A stretch of DNA of 64,000 nucleotides. Origin: Salpingoeca rosetta. Lineage: Eukaryota > Protista > Choanoflagellata. The notes below the pieces were generated by a model, which searched no databases, was not told the DNA's origin, and worked only from the letters and a program-made list of their open reading frames with translations. Made by a program: the position numbers and the translations under genes. The stretch is taken from the NCBI GenBank assembly GCA_033442325.1, contig JAWQFM010000026.1:852926-916925 (forward strand), in the 5' to 3' direction. Positions 1 to 14,923 of the stretch are shown piece after piece. Each line of letters starts with the position of its first letter. Positions within the stretch are counted from its first letter, which is position 1.

Positions 1-71
<71 letters not shown>

Positions 72-123
72 CACGCACACACACACACACGCACACACAC
101 GCACACACACACACACGCACACG
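1..123. repeat. (CA)n microsatellite in a TBP intron
   Basis: Direct reading; lies just downstream (in transcript sense) of the donor at 162. Confidence 0.95.
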
Positions 124-162
124 AGAAGGTGAGAGCTGCAGGTGCATGTGCAAGGAACGCAC

Positions 163-1180
163 CGAAAAGCCAATCTTCTTGATGATCTTGGCAAACTTGC
201 GCGCACCGACATATGCATCCTCAGTGCTAAGAAGCATCACAAATGTACGCACACAGAGGAAGGCGAGGATGTGTGCAAATTGAACCTGGTGAGATGGCAC
301 AACTCCACAAACAAACTTGCACAATACAAATGCACACGCAAACTGCCGCGTTCATGCACACCTGCATGTATTCACAACAGCGCACACACATGTACACACA
401 CGCACACCTCTTGGCGCCGGTGCAAATGAGCTTGCCCGTGGCAAACACGAGTGCTGTGGTTCTTGGTGATCGAATCCTCATGACCACAGCAGAGAAGCGC
501 TGCAGGCGGCAACGTGTGTGGCGCATGACAGGATTCCGCTGTCAGTGTTACTGATGCCACAATGCATACGAAACCCCACTCACAATGCACTCACTCACAA
601 TACCCACACGCTCACTCACACATGCGCGCACTCACACACGCACACACGCACACAAACACAACACGTACACACACACACACAATACGTACACATGATCACA
701 CGATCACATGTTACCTTTGGGGAATATTCTGCGTTTCTCACGCTGAGTGTGATGTGCTTGAGATCCAAGTGTGTTGCCAAATTGACGGTTGCCACAATGT
801 TCCTGCAGTTGCGTATACGTGCGTGCGTGTGAATGCAAGAGTGAGAGGAAGCCGAGCACAACTGTTCGTGCCTCTCGCCACGACAACCCACCGCCCACCA
901 CCAACAACTCACCGCCCACCACCAACAACTCACCGCCCACCACCAACAACTCACCGCCCACCACCAACAACTCACCGCCCACCACCGTCGTCCCCCATTC
1001 ACACACAAACAAAGGGGGAACTTACACAACCTCCGGACGCCCAGTTTGCACAAGCGCCGAGCTTGTCTCGCCTCCCGCTGCGCTCACTGCATTCCCTGTG
1101 TTGCCTCCACTCGCAACCACAGCGCCCTGCTGCTGTGCCTGCGACTGCTTTGCCTGCTGCTGCTGTTTGCGAGCGCTCAT
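163..1180 (-). CDS. TBP: TATA-binding protein, copy 1 (5' four exons; the gene continues beyond the left edge)
   Basis: Phase-consistent GT-AG exons 1180-1026, 802-715, 499-408 and 226-163 give MSARKQ...[85 protein letters not shown], the first TBP core repeat. Confidence 0.93.
889..986. repeat. 21-bp minisatellite (CACCGCCCACCACCAACAACT, about 4.7 copies) in TBP intron 1
   Basis: Units start at 889, 910, 931, 952 and 973, with no spacers. Confidence 0.95.
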
Positions 1181-1362
1181 CGTCGTTGGTGGTTGTTGGT
1201 GGTTGGCGGCGTGGTTCGGTTCAATGCAATTTATGCTGTTGTGTCGCTCTGGAGCAGCCGACACCGACCTCCTGCGCGGCCCGCGCCACCACCGCCCCAT
1301 ATCGACTCCACACGCACGCACACACCCTTGCTCCCTCCCCTCCCCCCAAGCCAGTTGCCAGC
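1181..1362. promoter_or_regulatory. Probable bidirectional promoter between TBP copy 1 and the SH2-like gene
   Basis: Only 182 bp separate the divergent ATGs at 1180 (-) and 1363 (+). Confidence 0.5.
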
Positions 1363-2745
1363 ATGAGTGACAGTTGCGACAGCTCTGATGTGGAGGATGA
1401 TGATGTGGGAAAGCAAACAGTAATTCAGCAACGACAGCGGTCGGATGACCGAAGGAGGGGGAAGGAGGCTCAGGAACTGGAGAAGAGGCGGCAGCTTTTC
1501 AACCAGACGATCAAGGATGAGGACGGTAACGAGAAGCCAAAGCCGCTTGAAAGGCCGAAACGTACAGACGGATACACAAACCCCAACTCGTGCCGCCCTC
1601 CTAACGGCATGGGCCTTGCTGCGAGAATGCCACGCGGCATGTCTGGTCCAGGTTATTATGATCCAACACTATCGGACTTTCCAGTTGCCAAGAAGCCCAC
1701 CAATCCCCCAAATGACAGTAATGATGGTGGTGATGACGACGGTGATGATGATGGTGGTGATGGGGACGCCAAGCGAGACCGCGAGCATGACGCCGTGCGA
1801 GGATACACAACACTGTCAGAACCGCCCAAGACCGAGACGAGTGATGGCTCGCCAGGCCAGAACAAAGAGTGGCTTGTGGATGCGGCTTGTGACGTGGAGG
1901 CACTGCTTGCTGGCAAGGCTCCTGGATCATTTGTGTTCTCTCTTGAACGGTTTCCAACGAACGAACAACGGCAGAACCCGAACTTTTCTCAGCTTCTTCT
2001 CTGTGTTGTAGACGATGACGGGCAATTCGGAAGCTTCAGCGTCAGGCGCATCAAGTTGCAGGTACTGTTTTGTGTTGGTTGCTTGGTGCATGCTTGTGTT
2101 GGTTGCTTGGTGCATGCTTGTGTTGGTTGCTCGGTTGTTTGTGTTTGTACATGCTTGTGTTCGGTTGTGCAAGCTTGTTTGTTTGTTCGTGTTTGCTGTC
2201 GACTGACATGACATGCGCCGGTTGTGTGCCCTGTTTTCGTGACCTTTAGGATGACAGCACCATGTTCGTGCTTGACGAATTCCGGATGGTTCAGCACGAG
2301 AGCGTGAGCGGCATTATCGCCCGCTTCAACGCCAACGACAAGTTGGCCAAAACGTTCCACGAAGAAACCGAGTTCAAGCTCATCGACCCTTATGGAACAA
2401 TTCCCGACGGTGAGTGGGTGAGTGGATGTGGATGTGGATGTGCGTGTGTGTGTGTGTTTGTGTATGTTGTGTGTTGTTTGTGTTGTGTGCATTTGCTTGT
2501 GTGCTCGCGTTGGCGTTCGCTTGCTTGTGGATTCACTTTGCACGTGCACCCTGCTGGGCACTTGTAATGCGCTCTTGTTGTGTGTTTTCAGGCGAGAATG
2601 TGGTCAACAACTGCGTCATTCCGGAGGAAGTTGACTCGGACGAGCTCGAAGAAGTTGTCGCCTGGGCACAGGAAGCGGAGGCACTGGCCACCCAACATGT
2701 CCTTCCCCGGTGAGATGGCTGCGGTGTGTGTGTCTGTGTGTCTGT

Positions 2746-2788
<43 letters not shown>

Positions 2789-2940
2789 TGTGCATGTCTG
2801 TCTGTATGTGTTTGTCTGTGTATGTACGACTGCTACGTTCTCTGCTGCTGGCTCCAACATGCGCTCGTTGTGCTCACTCACTCACACACTCACACACACA
2901 CACACACACAAACACGCGCACACACAGGGGGCAAAGTTAA
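1363..2940 (+). CDS. Hypothetical protein with a disordered acidic N-terminus and a degenerate SH2-like domain
   Basis: Exons 1363-2061, 2250-2409, 2592-2709 and probably 2928-2940 (alternatively a stop at 2713). The segment EWL...VEALLAGKAPGSFVFS...LLLCVVDDDGQFGSFSV...FVLDEF...HESVSGIIARF follows the SH2 pattern. Confidence 0.65.
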
Positions 2941-4222
2941 ATGAACACCACGCCACGCCATGCCACCCAACCAACCACCCAACCAACCAACCAACCAACC
3001 ACCCATTTCCACACGAACACACACACACACACCTTGCCTTGCCTTGCCTTACCTGTTCCTATCCTCCTGTGCATCCGTTACAGTTGTATCATGCTCCACG
3101 TTGCTTGTATCGCTCCATCGCTCGCTCGTCTTGTTCAGTGTTGTTATTTTTCATGGTCATTGCCATACGCGCGCACGCACACACACGCACGCACGCACGC
3201 ACGCACACACACACTTCCCTCGCTCACTTCCCTCTCGTCCCTCGCTCGCGCTGCCTCTCCCCTCTCTCCTGCCTTCACAAGCACACCAGCACACCACACC
3301 ATCTTGCACACAACCAACGGCCAAACACAACACACACAATTTTCTCCGCGAACCAAAACGCGACCCCCCAACCACTGCTGGTCTGTGTGGCGAAAGTTAA
3401 CTGGAATCATACATAAACATTACCACAATTTAAATAATCTGTTTGTTTGTTTTTCCCCCCTTGCTTGCTTGCTTGCGCTTCTTGCACAACGACGACAACC
3501 CGCAAAACAGGCCTCGCACAATCGCCCACAAAACAGTCAGCAAAGTCGCACACCGCCTTGATTGCTTCTGCGCAAGCGCAAAACAACGATTTCGTTGCTG
3601 TTTTGCTGTGCTTTTTGCTTCTTGCCCTTGCTTTTTTTTTTTTCGTTGGTTTTGTTGTGTTTTGTTTGTTGTGCTACTGACGAGGGGGAGGGCAACAAGG
3701 GGGGTGGTCACTTTGTGTTTGCCCTTGTTGCTTCGTGTGGTTGTTTTGCAGTTTTGTTTTGGTGTTTTGCTTTGCTTTTCGCCTTGTGTGCGCGCGCCCG
3801 AAGAAGAGGCAGAAGGCCTCGATCGCCTTGTTTTGGCTTTTCGCTTGCTTCCTTGCTGTTTTGTGCTTGTGGTGTGTCTATTTTGTTGGCCACCACTCCC
3901 TCCCTCCCTCCCTCTCTCTCCCTCACACCGTCTTGCGTGTCTTGTTCTTCGACCGTGAGTGAAGTTGTGACACGCGTTGACGTGACTGTCCTTCTTTTCG
4001 TGTTTGCGTGCCTGTTGCGTCGTCTCCCCAGCGACTGCGTGGGAGCCAGTTTACGCTCACGAGCCAGCTCCAGCACGCAATGTAAGTCGCCAAAGCGGTT
4101 CCTCTTCTTCTCGTCTGGCTGTTGTGGCTCTGCCTTTGCGGAGTACACGGTGCACGCGGTCGAGCCACTCGCCACAGATCGCTTGCTCCCAGTGCTCCGC
4201 CCGCCGTGCCGTCTACAGCCAG

Positions 4223-4287
<65 letters not shown>

Positions 4288-4642
4288 TTGCGCTTGCACT
4301 TGCGTGCCACTGCCAGCTCCAATCTCGAGCGCGTGTGTGGTGGTGCCTTCGTCACCCTGCCTCACTGATTACCCAAGCAGCTTATGGGAGCGTGCGCGTG
4401 CGTGTGTGAATGGATGTCCTTTGTCGTCAACGTGTGTGGTTGCCACATCCATATCCCCTTCCCCCACACCGCACACCGCACCAAATCGACCATCTCTCAT
4501 CTCCATCTTGCTCCTGGTTGCAGATTGCCCACCACACCATAGTAACCTTCCTCCAGATTCGATTCGCAGCAGCTCGATCCAACACAAGCAAGCAGCACGC
4601 AACACAACACACACGCCAAAAGTACAACCCACACCAACCAAT

Positions 4643-5303
4643 ATGGAAGGTGAGCTGAGCAGAATGTGTGGGGAGTAAGGGGAGGGGCGGAGGAGGAGTG
4701 CATCGTTTGGGAAGAGAGAAGGGCCAGCCACAAGGAAACAAGTACGGGGGGGGAACAAGCCAGTGGGGCGTATGTATCACTTGTCGTGGCATTCCTTACT
4801 TTGACACCAGTGAGTGAGTGAGATTGAAGCAAGCCCACGCTGCCGACTGACTGACTGTTGTGTATTGTCTGTCCATACATGCTGTTCTCCGCCTGTGCGG
4901 TTGCAGGTGATCCGGCAACAAAGGCTGTGCCCGCCACAACAACAACAGCAGCACCACCAACGGCCACCCCAGCCACCACAACAAACGCCGTGACGCCAAC
5001 ACCCGCTGTTCCCCAGCCGGCAACACATGCTCCCCAGCCAACAAACCCGAAAATGCAGCGCGTGTCGCCTGCAGATGACCACCAGTCCATGCAGTCTTCG
5101 CAGTCGTCTGGCACCCTGGACAGCAGCGCAGACACGCCAGAGCCCCGCAACAACCTCATCATCAACTACCTGCCACCATGTACGGCGAATACCTTTGCAG
5201 GGGAAGGGAGGTGGAGGAAGTGTGGAGGAAGGGCAGGTCAAAGGGGTCCCAGTCGAGCGTGTTGCTGCTTTGTGTGTTGCTTTGGCTTGCTGGACTGATT
5301 GTT

Positions 5304-5346
<43 letters not shown>

Positions 5347-6543
5347 GTGTGCATGTGTTTACTTGGTGGTACCTCTCACCGTGTTAACGGCTTGCCTACA
5401 CTCACCACCCCCTTGTCTTCACTCACGTCCTTGCCTGTGCCTGCACTCCCTCCCCTCTCCATGGTCATGGTGCTTTCGATTGATTGGCCAGCTGTGACGG
5501 AGAGCGACCTTCGCGAACTCTTCAAGCCCTTTGGAACCATCAAAGCGTGAGTCTTTGCTTGCATGCAGAGGCGTTGAAGACCTGCGATGCTTTAGCTTCG
5601 AGCTGTGGACGTGCGGAACGCGCACAACAATGGGGTGTCCAAGTTGGCTGCTGTTTCACCTCCACACGCTGCTTGTCCCCTTTGTTCGCCTCCAGGATCA
5701 AGATCATGACGGACCGATACACGCACAAGAGCCTTGGCTATGGCTTTGTTGAGTTTGAGACCGCCGAGGAGGCTGCCCGCGCCATCCAGGCCATGAACGG
5801 CCGCCAGTGAGTCGTTGAGTATGGCGGAAGGGGGGCTAAGTAAAAAAGAGCGTGGGAGGTGCAGGTGTCTGCTGTTGTGTGTGCGATGTCATTGGTTGCT
5901 CGCCCTGCTTGTTCTGTTTGCTGCTTGTTCTGTTTGCTGCTTCCATCCATCCTTCCTTCCTTCCCTCCATCCTTCCTTCCTTGCTTCCTTCCTTCCTTCC
6001 ATCCTTCCTTCCTTGCTTGCTTCCTTCCATCCATCCTTCCTTCCTTCCTTCCTTCCTTCCTTCCTTCCTTCCTTCCTTCCCTCCCTTGCTTTGGAACCTG
6101 TTTGGTCTTGCCCCCGCCTCCCCAACCTACTCACCCCGTTTCCCGTATTCGTCTGCCACAGGTACATGAACAAGCGCCTGAAAGTTTCGATTGCTCGCCC
6201 CTCCAGCAGCTCCATCACGGGCGCCAACCTCTACATCAAGGTCGTGCCTGCAGGCAACAGCGTGTTGGGTGTGGGCGTGGCTGGAAAGTGGCGTTTTGCT
6301 CACAACTCTCCGTACTTTCATGTGGCTATGACCCTTACAGAACCTTCCACGGACCATCACGGAGGACCAGCTCCGCGCCATCTTCAACCCGTTTGGCGAG
6401 ATCATCTCTGCTCGCCTGCTCTACGATGGGGACGTTCCAAAAGGCATTGCATTCGTCCGCTTTGACAAGGTGACTGATTCGTTGAGAAGCGACGAAAGAG
6501 GACGAGAGGCGTTTGTGTTGGGGTGAAGGTGCTGTGTGATTGC

Positions 6544-6575
<32 letters not shown>

Positions 6576-8892
6576 TTGCTCCTGCTGTTGCTCCTGCTAC
6601 TGCTTTGCTGCTTTTCCCACCTGTGCTAGCCACGCTCACACACAGACAACTAAACTTACACACCCCATCGCCATCACCACAATGCAGCGCGCTTGTGCTG
6701 AGCGGGCAGTTGCGGAGCTGAACAACACCGTCCCTGCCAACTGCTCCCAGCCAATTGCCGTCAAGTTTGCAGATACCAACAGGTGTGTATTTCTGCAGGT
6801 GTATTCGTGTAGTGGTGCGAGCGAGCACGTGATTGCACCGTTCGTCTTGTAGCTGTGCATGGGGGCGGTGGCGGTGTGCCTGTTCATGGGGGTGGGGTGC
6901 TCGGGTCATCGTTCAGCTCACCCGTTCAGCTCGCCGCACGAACCCTGCGTTGTCCCTCACGTCACCAGGCGCAGCCGCGCCCCATCAGGCTCCTCTGCAG
7001 GCATGCATCAAGGAAGCAGTACGTATCACACACCAACGTTCACATAAAATGCCTGCAAGCAAACCAAGCAACCCAAGCCAATGGTTTCATAATTTCGCGG
7101 TGCTTTCCTTGTGACCTTGTGGAGGCGACTGTTGCCAAATTAATAAGGAATGCTCACGTCGCTCCTGCCTACGCCACGTGTTGTCTTCACCGTTCCTTTG
7201 TTTTTCAACAGTGATGGCATACCCGTCCATGCCCATGCCCTATGGTGGCGGGTTCCAGCAGCCGCAGCCGCAGCCGACGATGGCTCCGCTCCAGCCGGGA
7301 TTCGTGCCCATGTCGCCCGACATGCTCCCGCCCTCCGCCCGCACCCCATACGGTGAGAAAGGCTGTCAGTATGTGAGTGTGTGTGTGGGGGGGGGAGGGA
7401 TGAATGTGTGGGGATGATGCAATGATCCCTGCATCCTTGGTGGTGTGCCTTGCACGTGGCTAACTTTTGCTTTTGCTTTTGTTTTGGTTTTGCTTGCATG
7501 CACGCATCTTCCGTGTCCAGGCTACTGCCTGTTTGTGTTCAACCTCCCGCCTTTTATGGACGAGGACGGCTTTGCTCGGCTCTTTGCCAACTTTGGTGGC
7601 GTCGTGTCCGCCTCCATCTCCCGCAAGTCGCTCAGCCAGGCCAGGGTACGTCGCGGTCTTGAGTGCATTGAGAAGGGGGGGGGGGGTGCGCTTAGCTCTG
7701 TCGTGACCCTACTTCCTCGCATGTTGTGGAGCCCCGTGCTGTTTTCAGCTCTTGGTCGCCTTTCCCCTTCTCACCCCGTGATCACCACACCACCACCGCC
7801 TCGGCTGTGACAGCGTTATGGCTTTGTGACGATGCGTGACTTTGGTGAGGCCGCCACCGCCATCCAAAACCTCAACGATTACGACGTCTTCGGCTACCGG
7901 CTCAGCGTGAGTGTGTGTGTGTGTGTGCGTTTGGGGGGGGGGAGGGTGTGTGTGTGTGTTTTGGGAGGGGGAGGGCGAGGGGTGTCAGTGTGTGCGAATG
8001 TGTATGTGGTATCATGGTTCTGTTGCGTGGTTGTTCTGCGCGTGCCTGTCTCTTAACCTGCCTCACTCACTCACTCACTCACTCACTCACTCACTCACTC
8101 ACTCACGCACTCACGCACTCACGCACGCACTCACTCACTCACGCACTCACGCACTCACGCACGCACTCACTCACTCACGCACGCACACACAAACAGGTGT
8201 CGTTCAAAAGCAACCGGCGGAATTCGCGCCACGGACACCCCAACTCGCACGCTGCACACCACGCCATGGCGCCGCCCCCACCGCCACACATGTACATGGG
8301 GCCATACGGGCATCCAATGGCCATGCCACCACACCAGATGCAGCTGCCCATGCAGATGCAAGGCCAGATTCAGGGCATGCAGGTGCAAGGGTTGCAGGCT
8401 ATGCAAGGCCAGGCTCCCATGGCCATGCAAGGCCAGGGTCCTATGGGCATGGCAGCACCGCCACCGCCCCCTCACCATCACCAGCAGCAACAGCAACCGC
8501 AGCAGCAGCAGCATATGCAAGGCGTGCCAACCAGCATCCCGTGAGTCATTTGGAGGGTAGGGGCTTGTGTTTTTCGGAGTAGGGCAGATGTGTGTGCGTG
8601 CGTGTGTCTGTGTCTGTGTCTGTGTGCGTGCGTGTGTCTATGTGCGTGTGTATGTGTGTGTGTGTGTGTTTGCCTTTTCAAGTGCCACGTGAGTGTGGTA
8701 GGGAGATGAAGGAAGAAGGTGCATGCCAGCAGACCACTCATTAGCTTATCTATGTTCTGACGCGTGTTGTGCAACTTCTCTTTTCCATCCTTTTCCATCC
8801 ATCCATCCATCCTTCCTCTTCTTCCTCTTTCTTGTTGCAGTACCGCCTACTCACATGCGGGTGCGCTTGCAGCCTCAGCGTCGCTGATGTGA
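4643..8892 (+). CDS. ELAV: ELAV/Hu-family RNA-binding protein (3 RRMs plus hinge, Q/P/M-rich tail)
   Basis: 13 phase-consistent exons (4643-4649, 4907-5179, 5492-5546, 5696-5806, 6162-6240, 6341-6469, 6688-6782, 6969-7018, 7212-7352, 7521-7645, 7814-7906, 8197-8540, 8841-8892). ELAV hallmarks: NLIINYLP, SLGYGFV, KVSIARPSSSSITGANLY, PIAVKFA, GYCLFVFNL, YGFVTM, VSFK. Confidence 0.92.
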
Positions 8893-9022
8893 TGATGCAC
8901 GGAGGCAGACCCCCATACTGAAGCGATCAAGACAACAACCAACCACCAACCACCAACCAGCACAATCCTTACTAACCCCTGTGCTGTGGAAGTCATCCGC
9001 GTGGACACGTGCGCGATGTTCC

Positions 9023-9074
<52 letters not shown>

Positions 9075-10043
9075 GAGACGTTTGCTCGACGGCAACTTTG
9101 CCTGTCCATCCAGCGATGTAGTCAAAAACATACAGTGCTTTCTCATGCCCCCTCCCTCTTCTCTCTCTCTTTTCTCTCTTCTCTTCTCTGCCGTGTCTTT
9201 CCTCTCTATTCCGTGTTTTTCACACTACCTCTTCCTTTCCCTCTGTTCCCTCTGCTCCCTTTCCATCACCCACTCCTCAACACAGCACACCACCATGTTC
9301 GCAGCTGCGCGGTCACACGTGTACGCAGGCGTCTCGTGTCGATGTTCACGCTTGCAGTGCGATGGTGATTGTCCTTCAGACAAGCATGCCCCCTTTCACG
9401 CACAAACACACACTCTCGCACCACCATGCCAAGCAACTTCCCCTCTCCCTGTGTCTCTCCCCTGGTACTTCTCTCTTCACTCGGAACCCCTTTGATATCA
9501 CCAACCACTATGTATCAGCAGAGTGCCACCCCAGCTCGTGCTTTGTCCTTCTTCATGGCCGTTCTGCTGTTCCCCTGCGCTTGCTCCCACGTGCCACTTT
9601 TCTCCTTGTCTTGCTTCCTTGCTTCCATGTAGAAGGCCTGTTGTTGCTGCTGTTGACCCTCCCTTCCTTTCCTTTCCTCTTCCTTTCCATTTCTTTCCTT
9701 TCTTACTCTTTGTGGTTGTTCGCTGATCTCTTCTTGCTTGCTTCACACCCGCCTTCGGCGTTACTCTGCATCTATCTGATCCCACGTCTCAAAACGTAGT
9801 GTGTGTGTGTGTGTGTATGTGACTGTATGACTGTTTGTATCTTAGCGCCTGCCTCACTTTTGCCCGTTCCCTGACGCTTATACGTTGATTCGATGTGCGC
9901 ACCATGTTTGTGTTCTGTGTTGTTGTGCGTTTACACCGTGCCATGAAGGAATCAAAGAAGAAATAAATGCACGCAAGTGGGTCAATGCCACCGTGTGTTC
10001 GTGTGTCTGCGTGTGTGTCTATGGAGGTGAGGGAGGCATGAGC

Positions 10044-10131
10044 TCAGAGCCCGAGGAACTCCGACAGTTGTTCATCTTCGATGGCTTGCATAAACTCGTC
10101 AAAGCCCTGTTGGAGAGACAGAGAGAGAGAG

Positions 10132-10169
<38 letters not shown>

Positions 10170-10945
10170 GCAGGGTTTGGAAGGGAAAGAAAAACGGGGT
10201 TGACTGGTGAGGGGCAATAAGCAAGCATGGGCTGTGGTGGCAAGCGGGCAGGCAAGCGGGCAGGCAAGCAAGCGTAAGGTTGTGCGACTCTCTCAAGCAA
10301 AGGACCACACAACATGGGCATGCGTAAAACTCACCCCCAGGTGCTTGTCATCCTTGAAAATCTGTGGCACGAGCGCCTTGTCGTCGCCCATGAGCTCTCG
10401 CATCTGCTTCAGGGCCCCTTGTTGTCTTGCTGTGAGGATAGTGGGTTGTGAGCATGTGAGGAGAGGGCGAGGGAGGACGTATGTGCGTGGTGGGGAACGT
10501 TGACGTACAGACGGGCACGCAGAGCACACGCGCATTTCAACACAGCAGTGCAGGCAAGGTCGTGTGCGCAAATGGGTGAGCGCGCGTATGTTCTTGAAAC
10601 TGCGCACACACGCACACACACGCACGCACACGCACGCAGACACACGCACACACACACACGCACGCACACACACGCACTTGTTCACGCACCGACATCGATG
10701 GTTTCATACGGGATGTGCTTGCCATCAAGAGTCATCTGCATCTTCTGGATGTGCTTCTTGGTCTGTGGCCATGGTGAGCATCGAGTGAGTGAGTTCGTGA
10801 GGAAGGGAAGATGGGTGTGGAGATGCACGGGTGGATGGAGGTGGGGATGGGTGTGGGGATGATGATGGTGGATTCAGCAACCGCACACACCATGTCAGCC
10901 TGTTTGAAACACACGCACACACACACTAACAACCACACACTAACA

Positions 10946-11000
<55 letters not shown>

Positions 11001-11075
11001 CACATCACATCACATCACATCACAACGCACCTCGAGGTTGCTCGAGATGGAGCTGATGTAGAGCTTCAACGGCAT
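10044..11075 (-). CDS. SH3BGRL: SH3BGR-like (SH3BGRL/SH3BGRL3) thioredoxin-fold protein, 91 aa
   Basis: Exons 11075-11031, 10762-10690, 10429-10335 and 10106-10044 give MPLKLYISSISSNLETKKHIQKMQMTLDGKHIPYETIDVARQQGALKQMRELMGDDKALVPQIFKDDKHLGGFDEFMQAIEDEQLSEFLGL. No CxxC motif. Confidence 0.88.
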
Positions 11076-11290
11076 GTTGGTTGGTTGGTCGTGTCTCGTA
11101 TCCTTCCTCCTTCCTCTTCGTCTTGCTTCTGCTTCTTCGCTTGTTTGGATTTTGAGTTTGGCGAAAATGCACGGAATCGTTGGCCAAAGCAACATGCTTG
11201 TTGGCTTCTTGGGCTGTTGCCCCTGTGTGCCTTTGCTAGCTGAACGTTTTGGTTCCATGCATGCCTTCCACGTCTCGTCATTCATCTCGT

Positions 11291-14660
<3,370 letters not shown>

Positions 14661-14691
14661 AGGTAGCAAGCGCTCTCCGGCAATGGTGATG

Positions 14692-14782
<91 letters not shown>

Positions 14783-14923
14783 CGCGCATGTGTGCGTGTG
14801 CGTGTGCACTTTCACCCCCTCTATTGTCCTCACGTACGCTTCGCCCCGCCCCGCCCCGCCTTCTCGGCCGCCCGCTCCTCGCCTACACCATGCCACCACC
14901 ACCGCCGCCTTCACCACCAACAG

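Noticed and set aside
1-123. Terminal repeat as a telomere
   Set aside because: It is a plain (CA)n tract inside a TBP intron; the window edge is arbitrary.
889-986. 21-bp repeats (and the 52-bp repeats at 25721) as a CRISPR array
   Set aside because: Head-to-tail units with no unique spacers, no cas genes, and a eukaryotic context.
3708-4355. 215-aa minus-strand ORF as a separate gene
   Set aside because: No recognisable domain, it spans a microsatellite, and no convincing exon chain was found; the region fits an ELAV 5'UTR better.
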